Shown here piece after piece: positions 28,172 through 38,813 of a stretch of 64,000 nucleotides of DNA. The stretch is from Thermoanaerobaculia bacterium. Lineage in GTDB: Bacteria; Acidobacteriota; Thermoanaerobaculia; UBA5066. Each line of letters begins with the position of its first letter. The stretch's first letter is position 1. Where the stretch lies: the NCBI GenBank assembly GCA_963816185.1, contig CAWFJJ010000024.1:288001-352000 (forward strand), in the 5' to 3' direction. The notes beneath the pieces were generated by a model. It was not told the DNA's origin and did no database searches. It saw only the letters and a program-made list of their open reading frames with translations. The translations under genes and the position numbers were made by a program.

Positions 28172-29460
28172 GCGGCGTCCCTCGACTCACCGGGCTCGCT
28201 CGGCACGACCGTCACCACGGAGCGGCGTGACGCGACGAGGAGCCGAGCCGCCGCGTCGCGGACCGTGGCCGCGTCCAGCGCGAGGACCGCCTCGACATCC
28301 TGGGGGAAGAGACCCGGATCGCCGTCGTAAAGGCCGTACTCGGAAAGCAGAAAGGCGATCGACTGCGTCGTCTGCGTCGCGCGCACGGCGGTCGACAGAA
28401 GAAGCCGGCGCGCCCGTTCCATCTCGCGCGGCGTGGGCCCGTCCGCAGCGAAGCGCTCGAGATCGCCGAGGATCTCCGCCTCGAGGCGCTCGAGCGTCAC
28501 GCCGGGGCGCGCGAGAGAGAAGATGCGGAAGAGCGAAGGGCCGCGGCGCTCGTCGAGTGACATCGAGAGCGAGAGCGCCAGCGATTCGTCTTTCACGAGC
28601 CGGCGCCAGAGCCGTCCCGTCTCACCGGCTGCGAGGATGCGTTCCACGACGGAGAGCGCGAAGAGATCGGGATGCCGCCTCTCCGGTACCTTGAAGTTGA
28701 CGTGCAGCGCCGGCATCGCCGCGTGTCCGTCGTCGACTCTCTGCCGCCTTTCGCCGGAAGGTGCTGGCTCCGTGAACGCGAAGCGCGCCGGCGTCTCGCG
28801 CGGGGAAACCTCCTGGAAGGCCTTCTTCACGCGGCGGAAGGCGTCGGCGGGCTCGACGTCCCCCACGACCGCGAGAAGCGCGTTGGCGGGAGCGTAGTAG
28901 CGGCGGTAGAAGTCCCGTGCGTCGTCGAGCGATGCCGCCTGAAGGTCCTCCATCGATCCGATCACGGGGTGCTTGTAGGGGAATTCGTCGTAGGCGAGCG
29001 CGTCGGCGGTCTCGAACGACGAGGCGTACGGCTGGTTGTCCACGCGCAGGCGCTTTTCTTCCTTCACCGCCTCGCGCTGGTTGTCGAGCTTCTCCTGCGT
29101 GAGGACGAGGGCACGCATCCGGTCGGCTTCGAGGAAGAGCGCGAGGTCGAGGGATTCGGCCGGCAGGGTCTCGAAATAGTTCGTCCGGTCCTCGGACGTC
29201 GTCCCGTTCATCGAGCCGCCGGCCTCGGCGACGAGACGAAAGTGGTCTCCCTTGCCGACGTTCTCCGAGCCCTCGAACATGAGGTGCTCGAAGAGGTGCG
29301 CGAAGCCGGTCTTGCCGGGCGGCTCGACCCGGCTTCCGACGTCGTACGTCACGTCGACCGTCACGAGCGGAATTCCGCGCTGAGGCGACACGACGACCGT
29401 GAGGCCGTTCGCGAGGCGCTCGACGTGAAACGGAACTTCGAGATCGAGGGAAGAAGAGAT
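28168..29460 (-). CDS. M16 peptidase, catalytic subunit (probable ATC start)
   Basis: LANGLTVVV, GFAHLFEHLMF (HxxEH), DRTNYFE; AGGAGG 5 nt before an in-frame ATC. Confidence 0.85.
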   Translation of the reverse strand: MSSSLDLEVPFHVERLANGLTVVVSPQRGIPLVTVDVTYDVGSRVEPPGKTGFAHLFEHLMFEGSENVGKGDHFRLVAEAGGSMNGTTSEDRTNYFETLPAESLDLALFLEADRMRALVLTQEKLDNQREAVKEEKRLRVDNQPYASSFETADALAYDEFPYKHPVIGSMEDLQAASLDDARDFYRRYYAPANALLAVVGDVEPADAFRRVKKAFQEVSPRETPARFAFTEPAPSGERRQRVDDGHAAMPALHVNFKVPERRHPDLFALSVVERILAAGETGRLWRRLVKDESLALSLSMSLDERRGPSLFRIFSLARPGVTLERLEAEILGDLERFAADGPTPREMERARRLLLSTAVRATQTTQSIAFLLSEYGLYDGDPGLFPQDVEAVLALDAATVRDAAARLLVASRRSVVTVVPSEPGESRDAA

Positions 29461-29511
29461 GGCGTCCTCCTGGGGGAACCCCTCACCAGACGGGCTCGTA
29501 ATATAACGATT

Positions 29512-30552
29512 GTGTTGAGGCGACGTGCTCTTGCGTTTGCGATCCTCGCCGCCGGCGTCGCTTCCGCCGTGCGCGGAGAGGATGTTCCCGCACAAACGGG
29601 AGCCGGCGCGCCGAAATTCCGTTTCGAAGCGGTCCTTCACGACTACGAGCCGGTCTCGGACCGGCACGAACGGCTCGCGGAGTTCTTCTACGGCGCCCTC
29701 ACGGCTGATTGGACGCGCGGGGATTTCGCGGCGAAAGCCGAAGTGCGCGGACGAGACGGGCGCTTCCGCCCCTATTACGACGGCTCGGTCTGGCTCGAAG
29801 AGGGGTGGGCGTCCGTCGCGACCCCGATCGGCTCGATCAGCGCCGGAAAGATTCCGCGCGACTTCGGCGTCGCGGACGAGTCGTTCATCGGGACGCTTTT
29901 TTCGGTGAACGGCGTCACGCGGAATCCGGACTGGGGGGCGGGCCTCGCGGGCGAAAAGCGGTGGGGCTACGACACGTTCGGCTGGAGCGCGCGCTATTAC
30001 GGCCAGAACGACCACGTGAGCTGGGAAGAGGACGGACGCAACGTGGAGTCGGACGCGACACGCGTCCTGCGCGACGGCCTGGAGGCGCGTGTCTCCTACC
30101 TTCTGAACCGGGGCCTCTGGACGCTCAAGCCGGGGCTCTCCGCCGCGTCTTCCCGGCTCGACGAGCGCGACGGGCCCGCCTCGTTCCGCCGGACCGACGC
30201 CGCGCTCGATCTGACCGCGACGCTCGGGCCGCTGGCGCTCCTTTTCGAGGGTTTCACGCGGTCGGGTGAGCGTTGCGCAGGGGGAGCGGCGTGCCGGCTC
30301 GGCTACGACGACGCGACGGCGGCCCTCGTGGGGTTTCGCGCGGAATTTCCAACCGTCACGTATCGCTATCTCTATTCGGTGTGGCGGTACCGCGGGGCCG
30401 ATGCCACCGAACAGCTTCATCAACCCGGGATCGTCTGGATGCCGCGAAAGGGTCTTCTCGCGACGATCGAGTACAGTGCGCGGCTCATGACGACGGTCTC
30501 GGGCACCGAGGTCGTCAAGGCCTTCCAGCTCGGGCTCTCGGTGGCATTTTGA
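29512..30552 (+). CDS. Putative outer-membrane beta-barrel protein
   Basis: Signal peptide, amphipathic aromatic strands, C-terminal FQLGLSVAF. Confidence 0.7.
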   Translation: MLRRRALAFAILAAGVASAVRGEDVPAQTGAGAPKFRFEAVLHDYEPVSDRHERLAEFFYGALTADWTRGDFAAKAEVRGRDGRFRPYYDGSVWLEEGWASVATPIGSISAGKIPRDFGVADESFIGTLFSVNGVTRNPDWGAGLAGEKRWGYDTFGWSARYYGQNDHVSWEEDGRNVESDATRVLRDGLEARVSYLLNRGLWTLKPGLSAASSRLDERDGPASFRRTDAALDLTATLGPLALLFEGFTRSGERCAGGAACRLGYDDATAALVGFRAEFPTVTYRYLYSVWRYRGADATEQLHQPGIVWMPRKGLLATIEYSARLMTTVSGTEVVKAFQLGLSVAF

Positions 30553-30610
30553 AATCCGCCGCCTTCGACTCTCTCCCGCAATTCCCATTTCACCGGCTCT
30601 CGAGGAGCTC

Positions 30611-31933
30611 ATGAAAAGACGAGTCCTGATCATCGGAATCGCCGTCGTCCTCGTCGCGCTCGCGGCGGTCCTGCTGCTCTCGCGCCGCGGGTCGGCCGAG
30701 GCGAAATTCCGGAAGGCGAAGATCGACAAAGGAGAAGTCGTCGCCACGGTGACGGCCACGGGAACGCTCTCCGCGGTGACGACCGTGCAAGTGGGCAGTC
30801 AGGTGTCCGGCATCATCGCGAAGCTCCACGTCGACTTCAATTCCCAGGTGAGGAAAGGGCAGCTCCTGGCGGAGCTCGACCCGACGCCGTTCCAACAGAC
30901 CGTGGATCAGCGCCGCGCGGATCTCGAGAAGGCGAAGGTGGAGCTCCGGAACGCGGAGATCTCGCTCACGCGCTCGAAGAGTCTGAACGCGCAACAGCTT
31001 CTTGCGCAGTCTGACCTCGATGCCGCGCAGACGGCGCGGGATTCGGCCGCGGCCTCGGTCTCTCAGGCGCAGGCGGCGTTGAAGCAGGCAGAGACGAACC
31101 TGTCGTACACGAAGATCACGTCGCCCATCGACGGCGTCGTCGTGAGCCGGCAGTACGACGTCGGCCAGACGGTTGCCGCGTCGTTCCAGGCGCCGGTTCT
31201 CTTCACGATCGCGCAAGACCTCACGAAGATGCAGGTGCTCACGAACATCGACGAGGCGGACGTGGGCCGGATCCGGGAAGGCCAGGTCGCGAGCTTCTCG
31301 GTCGACGCCTTTCCGGACGTCAACTTCAAGGGGACGGTCGCGCAGATACGTCTGTCGCCTCAGACGGTGCAGAACGTCGTCACCTACCCCGTCATGCTGG
31401 ACGTGCCGAACGCCGACTTGAAACTCAAGCCGGGCATGACCGCGAACGTCCAGGTTCCCGTCGAGGTCCGCAAGGACGTCCTCCGCGTGCCGAACGCGGC
31501 TCTGCGCTTCCGCCCGGACAACGCCGATCTCGTTCCTGAAGCGAGAGGAGGCAAAGCGAAGGCCGCGGCTCCCGCGGGGTCGGCGTCGTCCGCGCAGTCT
31601 TCCGCGCCGGCCGCTCCGGAAACGGGGCAGCCCGGCGGCCGGCCCGGTGCGGGAGGTCGCGGGCCGGGGGGGGCCGGCGGCCGCGCGGGCGGAGGCGGAG
31701 GGACGGGCGTGCGGCCGGGTGGGTTCAGCACCGGCACGCTCTACGTCGAGGTTCCGAACACGAACGGGAAGCTGAGGCCCGTCACGGTGAAGACGCTGAT
31801 CACAGACGGCAATCTGACCGCGATTCAGTCGAACGACCTCAAGGAGGGCGACGAGATCATCGTGGGCCTCGCGACGGCCCGCGCGGGAGTGCCGGGGAAC
31901 GGCGCGCCGGGCGGCGGGCGCCGGCCCTTCTGA
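30611..31933 (+). CDS. Efflux periplasmic adaptor subunit (MacA-like)
   Basis: VQVGSQVSG, ITSPIDGVV, GQTVAASFQAP, LKPGMTA. Confidence 0.92.
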   Translation: MKRRVLIIGIAVVLVALAAVLLLSRRGSAEAKFRKAKIDKGEVVATVTATGTLSAVTTVQVGSQVSGIIAKLHVDFNSQVRKGQLLAELDPTPFQQTVDQRRADLEKAKVELRNAEISLTRSKSLNAQQLLAQSDLDAAQTARDSAAASVSQAQAALKQAETNLSYTKITSPIDGVVVSRQYDVGQTVAASFQAPVLFTIAQDLTKMQVLTNIDEADVGRIREGQVASFSVDAFPDVNFKGTVAQIRLSPQTVQNVVTYPVMLDVPNADLKLKPGMTANVQVPVEVRKDVLRVPNAALRFRPDNADLVPEARGGKAKAAAPAGSASSAQSSAPAAPETGQPGGRPGAGGRGPGGAGGRAGGGGGTGVRPGGFSTGTLYVEVPNTNGKLRPVTVKTLITDGNLTAIQSNDLKEGDEIIVGLATARAGVPGNGAPGGGRRPF

Positions 31934-31946
31934 GGAAGTGCGGCTC

Positions 31947-32693
31947 ATGGCGCGTCCCGTCATCGAACTGGAGAACCTCACACGCATCTACCGGATGGGC
32001 GAGTCGGAAGTGCATGCGCTCGACGGAATCACGCTGCAGGTTCTGCCGGGCGAATTCCTTGCGGTCATGGGTCCGTCCGGCTCGGGCAAGTCCACGTTCA
32101 TGAACATCGTGGGCTGTCTCGACCGGCCCACCTCCGGCAGTTACGTCCTCGAGGGAGTCGACGTCTCGGGCCTCGACCGCGACGAGCGCGCGAGCATCCG
32201 GAACGACAAGATCGGGTTCGTATTCCAGAATTTCAACCTGCTCTCGCGGACGAACGCCCTCGAGAACGTCGAGCTTCCGCTCCTGTATTCGAAGAAGTCG
32301 AAGATCACCGAGGAGGAGGCACGCAGCAAGGCGTTGAAGTGTCTCGAGCGCGTGGGCCTCGGGGACCGGTGGGATCACACCTCGGCCCAGCTCTCGGGGG
32401 GGCAGCAGCAGCGCGTCGCGATCGCGCGCAGCCTCGTGAACGATCCGGCGATTCTTCTCGCGGACGAGCCCACGGGAAACCTCGACTCGAAAACCTCGAT
32501 CGAGGTCATGGCGATCTTTCAGGACCTGAACGACGAGGGAAAGACCGTCGTCCTCATCACGCACGAGCAGGACATTTCCGAATACGCGAGGCGCATCGTC
32601 ACCTTTCGCGACGGAAAGGTTCTCTCCGACGTCCCCGTGACGCAGCGGCGGCAGGCTGTCCGCGCGGCGGCCCTGGAAGGAGCTACACCATGA
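31947..32693 (+). CDS. ABC transporter ATP-binding protein (MacB/LolD family)
   Basis: [33 protein letters not shown]. Confidence 0.95.
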   Translation: MARPVIELENLTRIYRMGESEVHALDGITLQVLPGEFLAVMGPSGSGKSTFMNIVGCLDRPTSGSYVLEGVDVSGLDRDERASIRNDKIGFVFQNFNLLSRTNALENVELPLLYSKKSKITEEEARSKALKCLERVGLGDRWDHTSAQLSGGQQQRVAIARSLVNDPAILLADEPTGNLDSKTSIEVMAIFQDLNDEGKTVVLITHEQDISEYARRIVTFRDGKVLSDVPVTQRRQAVRAAALEGATP

Positions 32694-33916
32694 CGAAGAC
32701 CGGGAACATCCTGAAGGTCGCGTTCCGGGCGCTCTCGCGCAACAAGCTGCGCTCTCTGCTGACGGCGCTCGGCATCATCATCGGAGTCGCGTGCGTGGTC
32801 GCGACGATCGGAATCGGCGAGGGAGCCCGGCTGCAGGCCGAGAACCAGCTCAAGTCGCTGGGCACGAACTTCCTCATGATCTTTCCCGGCACGACGACGT
32901 CCTCCGGGGCGAGGGCCGGGTGGGGCTCGAACTCGAAACTTTCGAGCGACGACGTGGAGGCGCTCAGGCGCGAGGTGGAGACCGTCGCGTACGTGTCGGC
33001 GACGATCCGCACGGTCGCGCAGGTCATCTATGGCAACCAGAACTGGTCGACGTCGATCCAGGGCGGCGAGGTCGACTGGCCTCTCATCCGCTCCTGGAAC
33101 GTCGAGGAAGGCCAGTTCTTCACCGATCAGGACAACCGGTCCGCGAGCAAGGTGTGCGTGCTCGGCCAGACCGTGAAGACGAACCTCTTCGGCGACGAGG
33201 ACCCGATCGGCAAGACGATCCGCATCAAGAACATCCCGTTCAAGGTCGTGGGAGTCCTCGAGTCCAAGGGAGGGTCCACGATGGGGCAGGACCAGGACGA
33301 CCTCGTCATCGCCCCGTACGAGACCGTGCGCAAGAAGATCATGGGGACGACCGCCGTCGGAGCGATCCTCGCGTCCGCGGCCTCGAACGAGCTCGTCCCG
33401 CGGGCGCAGGAGGAGATCACCGCGTTGCTGCGCCAGCGGCACCGCATCAACAAGGCCGCCGGCCAGGACGACGACTTCATGATCCGCTCGCAGACGGAGA
33501 TGCTTCAGCAGGCCGAGGAGCAGAGCCGCACGATGAGCGCGCTCCTGTGGTCGATCGCGGGCGTCTCGCTGCTCGTGGGCGGCATCGGCATCATGAACAT
33601 CATGCTCGTCTCGGTGACGGAGCGGACACGCGAGATCGGCGTACGCATGGCGATCGGGGCGAAGGGCAGCGACATCCGTGCGCAGTTCCTCGTCGAGGCG
33701 GTCGTCCTCGCGATCACGGGCGGAGCGGTCGGGATCGGCTTCGGCATCGGAATCCAGCGGACGGTGGCGCGATTCGCCGGCTGGCCCGTCTCGGTCCAGC
33801 CGCAGGCCATCTGGCTCGCATTCGTGTTCTCGGCTCTCGTCGGGATCACGTTCGGCTTCTATCCGGCGCTGAAAGCAAGCCGGCTGGATCCCATCGAGGC
33901 CCTGCGGTACGAGTGA
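32690..33916 (+). CDS. ABC transporter permease (MacB-like)
   Basis: RSLLTALGIIIGV, GGIGIMNIMLVSVTERTREIG, LDPIEALRYE. Confidence 0.95.
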   Translation: MTKTGNILKVAFRALSRNKLRSLLTALGIIIGVACVVATIGIGEGARLQAENQLKSLGTNFLMIFPGTTTSSGARAGWGSNSKLSSDDVEALRREVETVAYVSATIRTVAQVIYGNQNWSTSIQGGEVDWPLIRSWNVEEGQFFTDQDNRSASKVCVLGQTVKTNLFGDEDPIGKTIRIKNIPFKVVGVLESKGGSTMGQDQDDLVIAPYETVRKKIMGTTAVGAILASAASNELVPRAQEEITALLRQRHRINKAAGQDDDFMIRSQTEMLQQAEEQSRTMSALLWSIAGVSLLVGGIGIMNIMLVSVTERTREIGVRMAIGAKGSDIRAQFLVEAVVLAITGGAVGIGFGIGIQRTVARFAGWPVSVQPQAIWLAFVFSALVGITFGFYPALKASRLDPIEALRYE

Positions 33917-33943
33917 CCCGCAAACCGCGTTAACCTCTCTCCA

Positions 33944-36580
33944 GTGAGCCCGGAGATCTCAGGCGCGAGTTCCGACGATTCCGGTCCCGTCCGCTCGGGT
34001 GATGCCCCGGCCCTTCGGGATGCCGGCACCTGGAACCCGCGGCGCTCGCTCGTGGCGCGGCTGCTCTGGTACGTCGTCCCGGTCGCGCTCGTTCCGGCGG
34101 CCGTGTACTGGGTCATCGTCGACCGCATCGCCGCTGCGCAGCAGGAGAGCCTGCTCCAGACTCTCATCACCGACGCGCGCCGCCACGAGGCCCGGACGCT
34201 CTCCGAAGATGCGGCCGACCGCGTCCGGGCGATCACGAACGCGGCCGGCGAGGTGATCACGATCGTCCGCCGGGCCGCCGAAGAGTCGCGGCGAGCGCTG
34301 GCGGAGGGGCCGGACCCGACGCTTCCGGCGGAAACGCTCGTCGACGAGCCCGGCGGCTTGCTCCGCACACCGGGAAACGGCGTGAGCGCCGCGATCGTAA
34401 GCCGTGAGCGCGGGCTCGTCCCCGAGGCGCGGCGGGACCTCGCCGCGACGCGCCGCCTCGAGGCCCCGTTCGTCGTCCTCGGACTCGGCCCCGTGGACCT
34501 GTCGGCCCTCGCGATCCGGACCGCTTCCGGCGTTCTTCGCATCGTGCCCGGTCTCGACGTGAAACCGGGCGGAAAGGCGATCGTAGACCCGCGGTTCCAC
34601 TTCCCGAGCAACTCGGCCGTCCCGCTCGCCGACGGGACCGGCGGAGCCGGATCGCCTCCCGTCGTCTGGACCTCCGTGTACGAAGACACGTATGCCGGAA
34701 ACGGGAAAATCGTGTCGGCCGTGGCTCTCGTGAAGGGAACGAACGGCCGGCTGCTCGGAGAGGTCGGCGTGGACTGGGTCTTCCCGCGGATGTTTCAGGG
34801 ATCGCAGGACCCGACACGGCCCGACGACGTCGAATTGGTATTCGCGGCGGACGGACGTGCGGTCGTCGTCGCGCCGGGGAACCGGTTCCCCGCCGAGCAG
34901 ATTCGAGAGCTCGGCGCGCTCGCGGCGGGGTGGGGAACCGAAACGTTCGAGACGAAGGTCGGCGAGCAGACATTCCTGGTGGCCGCGCGTCACGTGCCCG
35001 ACCTCGGATGGACGTACGCGAAGATCACGCCGCGAGCCGCCGTCGAGAAGAAAGTCGCGGACCAGCTTCTTCCCATCTTCGCCGAGTCGCTCCGCAAGCG
35101 CAACGAAGTGCGCCTCCTCTACGTCGCCCTCGTCGGGCTGTTCGCCGCGGCCGTCGTCGTGGCGACGCGCCGGGCCCTCGCGCCCCTGCGCCGCGTGGCG
35201 CGCGCCGCCGATGCGGTCGCCGTCGGACGGCCGTCGCCTCATCTCGCAGAGAGCGGCCAGCTCGACGAGGTCGGCCGTCTTTCCCGGGCCGTGACGGACC
35301 TCGATCGACGCGTGCGCTGGCGGATCGCTTCCATGGAGGGCGTTCACCGACTCGCGCAGGCGGCCGCCCTCATGACGCGTCCGGAGGAGACGTTCCAACA
35401 GCTCACGCGGCAGATCGCGGCACTCGTCGGCGCCACGAAGGCCTGGATCTGCCTCTGGGAGCCCGAGACCCGCTCCCTCGTGCTGACGCCGCCGGGCTTC
35501 GGAGTGCCCGACGAAGCCCTCCGCGGCCGGCACGTCGGCCTGAACGAACCGAGCCTCGCGATCCTCTGCTACCGGACCGGCGAGACGTGCCTGCAGAACG
35601 ACGTGGCGTCCGACCCGAGGATCTCGAAGAAGATCCTCGAGGCGCTCGGCGTCCAGAAGAACATCGTCTTCGCATCGCTCAAGGCCGAGGTCGGGATCCT
35701 CGGGGTCCTCGCGGTGGCCGACAAGCCCGGCGGCTTCGACGCGGAGGACCAATCGGCGATCGACGGATATGCCGGCGAAGCCGCGCTGCTCCTCCGAAAC
35801 GCGCGCCTTTACGAAGAGCTGCAGCGCAGCTACGAAAGGCTCAGGGACGCTCAGCGCAACCGTGATTACTTTCTCCAGAACATCAACCACGAGCTCCGGA
35901 CGCCTCTCACGGCCATTCTCGGGTGGAGCGAGGTCCTCGCGGAGGACCGGCCTGACCGGGAGACCATGCGGATCGCCGTGGACCAGATCAACCGGTCGAC
36001 CCAGTTTCTTCTCGCGCTCATCTCCGATCTCCTCGACCTGTCGCGCTTCGAGGAGGGCCGGACGCGCCTCGAGCCGGAGGAAGTGGACCTCGGCCCGCTC
36101 GTGACGGACTCCGTCGAGCCCGTCTCCGTCATGGCCGAGGCCAAGGGCATCCGGATGACGCTCGCCGTGCCTCCTCGAAAGACGTTCGTTCGCCTCGACC
36201 CGCTTCGTGTCCGCCAGGTGCTGTGGAATCTCGTACACAACGCCGTGAAATTCACGCCGAAAGGCGGCGAAATCCGCGTCGAGGCCGGAGCCGACGAACG
36301 CGGCGTCACGTTCTCGATCGCCGACAACGGCGTCGGCATCGACGCGAAGGACCTGCCCCTCATCTTCGAGCGCTTCCGGCAGATCGACGGATCTTCGACG
36401 CGCGCCTACCGCGGCATGGGCATCGGGCTCGCGCTCGCGAAGGCCTTCGTCGAGCTGCACGGCGGGACGATCCGGGTGGACAGCCAGCCCGGCCAGGGCA
36501 CGACGTTCCGCATCCGCCTGCCGCGGATCGCGAGCGGCGCCACGGCGGCGGCGGAGCCCCTTCAGGGGACGCTGCTCTGA
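33944..36580 (+). CDS. Membrane sensor histidine kinase (Cache-like, HAMP, GAF, HisKA, HATPase)
   Basis: NHELRTPL, NLVHNAVKFT, DNGVGI, GMGIGLA; two TM segments. Confidence 0.92.
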   Translation: MSPEISGASSDDSGPVRSGDAPALRDAGTWNPRRSLVARLLWYVVPVALVPAAVYWVIVDRIAAAQQESLLQTLITDARRHEARTLSEDAADRVRAITNAAGEVITIVRRAAEESRRALAEGPDPTLPAETLVDEPGGLLRTPGNGVSAAIVSRERGLVPEARRDLAATRRLEAPFVVLGLGPVDLSALAIRTASGVLRIVPGLDVKPGGKAIVDPRFHFPSNSAVPLADGTGGAGSPPVVWTSVYEDTYAGNGKIVSAVALVKGTNGRLLGEVGVDWVFPRMFQGSQDPTRPDDVELVFAADGRAVVVAPGNRFPAEQIRELGALAAGWGTETFETKVGEQTFLVAARHVPDLGWTYAKITPRAAVEKKVADQLLPIFAESLRKRNEVRLLYVALVGLFAAAVVVATRRALAPLRRVARAADAVAVGRPSPHLAESGQLDEVGRLSRAVTDLDRRVRWRIASMEGVHRLAQAAALMTRPEETFQQLTRQIAALVGATKAWICLWEPETRSLVLTPPGFGVPDEALRGRHVGLNEPSLAILCYRTGETCLQNDVASDPRISKKILEALGVQKNIVFASLKAEVGILGVLAVADKPGGFDAEDQSAIDGYAGEAALLLRNARLYEELQRSYERLRDAQRNRDYFLQNINHELRTPLTAILGWSEVLAEDRPDRETMRIAVDQINRSTQFLLALISDLLDLSRFEEGRTRLEPEEVDLGPLVTDSVEPVSVMAEAKGIRMTLAVPPRKTFVRLDPLRVRQVLWNLVHNAVKFTPKGGEIRVEAGADERGVTFSIADNGVGIDAKDLPLIFERFRQIDGSSTRAYRGMGIGLALAKAFVELHGGTIRVDSQPGQGTTFRIRLPRIASGATAAAEPLQGTLL

Positions 36581-36602
36581 CGGCCCTCCGGCGAAAGCGG
36601 CC

Positions 36603-38813
36603 TCACGCGGCCGGCGGCCGGGCCTTGAGGCGGTGCGCTTCCGCGGCCTTCGGGTGACCTAGGCGCTGCTCGATGTCGGCGAGCCTCTCGTGAGCGCGTG
36701 CGACGGAGCTCCGCGCCCACGCGTTCGCCGGGTCGCTCGACGCCACCGCCTGGCGCAGCTCCAAGGCGCGCGTGTACAGCGCGCGTCCCGTGGCGAGGTC
36801 TCCTGAGTCGACCGCCAGCGATCCGAGCGAGCCGACGCTGAAGGAAAGGTCCATCCGGGCTTCCGAGGAGAGAGGGTTCTCGGCCACGCGAGCCTCGTCG
36901 AGCGTCGTCGCTTCCTGGTAGAGCGGCCGCGCACCCGCGAGGTCTCCCGTCTCGTGAAGAAGCGCGCCGAGCAGCTTGTCCGACAGGGCGAGGCTCCGCC
37001 GATCGGACGGGGTGGCCGCCGGCCCGGCCGCCAGGCGCGCGAACAGCTCGTGCTCCCGCCGCCGGAGCGCGAGCGCCTCGGCGAACTCCTTGCGCTCGCG
37101 GTGGTACGTCGCGGAGGCCTCGAGGCTCCGCGCGAGCCCCCGCTGGAACGCGGGGGATGACGGATCTTTTTCGAAGAGTGCCGTGCAGATCTGGAGCGCT
37201 CGCGCGAGCGCCGCGGACGTGTCCGGATCCGACGACTCGAGGAGATACGCGAAAGCATTCAGCTGCGCCGCGAGCGACTCGAGGTCTTCCGGGGCCGCAT
37301 CCCGCGACGCGGTGAGACCTTCCAGGAGGGCGATCGCCGCCCGCCGGCTGCGGAGCGCTCCCGCCCGATCCCCGAGATTCGTGTTCGCGCCGCCCTGGAT
37401 GTCGGCGAGGCGGGCGTAGCCGGCGGCGACCTCGCGCGCGAGCGCGGGATCCGGACCGGCCTCCTTCGCGAGGGAATCGAGATAGTGGAGCGAGGTCGAG
37501 ACGAGCGTCGCGCGCGCCTTCGTGGAGCCCGGCAGCGTCTCGATCTGGTCGTGGAGATCGAACAGCACGGTCTTCGCGAGAGCGCGCACCTCCTCGAAGC
37601 GCCGCCGCGCGACCGCCTCGCTTGCTCGCGCGCGCGCCGCCTGCCAGAGCGCGACTCCGGCTCCGGTCACGAGCGACGCGGCGATGAGGCCCGCGGCGGC
37701 GACGCCGGCCCGGTGGCGCCGCAGGAACTTGCCGAGCCGGTAGCCGAGCGTGTCGGGCCGGGCGAGGACGGGCTTCCCATCGAGGTAGCGGCGCAGGTCG
37801 TCCGCGAGCTGCTCGACGGTCGCATAGCGCCTCTCGAGCTCCTTCGCGAGCGCCTTGCGCAGAATCGTGTCGAGGTCCGCCCCGAGGACAGGCTCCGTCG
37901 TCGCGGGATCCTGATCGACGACGGCGCGCTCGAGCTCGCCCGACGCGCCTGTTTTCAGGCGGTAAGGCAGGGCTCCGGTCAGGAGCCGATAGAGGACGAC
38001 GCCGAGGGAGTAGACGTCGGTCGCGGTCGTGATGCGGTCGCCGCGCACCTGCTCGGGGCTCGCGTATTCGGGCGTCAGGAGTCGGTGCACGGTCGCCGTG
38101 CGCTCCTCCGAGGGCACGTCGAGGAGCTTCGCGAGCCCGAAGTCGAGGAGCTTCGGCGTCCCGTCTTTCGTCACGAGGATGTTTCCGGGCTTGATGTCGC
38201 GGTGGACGACGAGGCTCTGGTGGGCGAACTGCACGGCGGCGCAGACGTCCAGGAAGAGCCGGATCCGCGCCGTGCGCGGGAGGTTCCGGCGCTCCGCGAA
38301 GTCGAGGAGGTGCTCGCCCTCGACGACCTCCATCGCGAACCACGGGAGTCCGTCCTCCGTCGTCCCGCCGTCGTAGAGGCGCGCGATGTTCGGATGCTCG
38401 AGGGCGGAGAGGATCCGCCGCTCCATGTGGAACCGTGCGAGGAGGAGCTCCGACCCGAGCTCCCATCGGGCCACCTTCAGCGCGGCGCGGTTCGCGAAGC
38501 CCTCGCCGCGCCGGACGCCGAGGTACACCGCACCCATGCCGCCGCGTCCCAGCGTGCCGCGAATCTCGTACGGTCCGATCCGCGGCGGCGCGGCCGCGCC
38601 GCGCGCGCGCTCTTCGTCGAGACTCGCTGCGGCCTCGCAGACGACGCCCTCGAGACGGCCCGGCTTCTCAGCCGCGAGAAGCGACTCGACGTCGCGCCGG
38701 AGGGCGTCGTCCTCCCCGCACGCGGCCACGACGAACGCGGCACGTTCGCTCTCGGGGCGCTCGAGGGCCGCAAAGAAGGCGTCCCGTGCCTTGCGGAAAC
38801 GGACGTCCGTCAC
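36603..38813 (-). CDS. Hanks-type Ser/Thr protein kinase with TM and TPR-like C-terminus
   Basis: LGRGGMGAVY, VHRDIKPGN, DFGLAK, TPEYASPEQ, DVYSLG. Confidence 0.92.
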   Translation of the reverse strand: MTDVRFRKARDAFFAALERPESERAAFVVAACGEDDALRRDVESLLAAEKPGRLEGVVCEAAASLDEERARGAAAPPRIGPYEIRGTLGRGGMGAVYLGVRRGEGFANRAALKVARWELGSELLLARFHMERRILSALEHPNIARLYDGGTTEDGLPWFAMEVVEGEHLLDFAERRNLPRTARIRLFLDVCAAVQFAHQSLVVHRDIKPGNILVTKDGTPKLLDFGLAKLLDVPSEERTATVHRLLTPEYASPEQVRGDRITTATDVYSLGVVLYRLLTGALPYRLKTGASGELERAVVDQDPATTEPVLGADLDTILRKALAKELERRYATVEQLADDLRRYLDGKPVLARPDTLGYRLGKFLRRHRAGVAAAGLIAASLVTGAGVALWQAARARASEAVARRRFEEVRALAKTVLFDLHDQIETLPGSTKARATLVSTSLHYLDSLAKEAGPDPALAREVAAGYARLADIQGGANTNLGDRAGALRSRRAAIALLEGLTASRDAAPEDLESLAAQLNAFAYLLESSDPDTSAALARALQICTALFEKDPSSPAFQRGLARSLEASATYHRERKEFAEALALRRREHELFARLAAGPAATPSDRRSLALSDKLLGALLHETGDLAGARPLYQEATTLDEARVAENPLSSEARMDLSFSVGSLGSLAVDSGDLATGRALYTRALELRQAVASSDPANAWARSSVARAHERLADIEQRLGHPKAAEAHRLKARPPAA

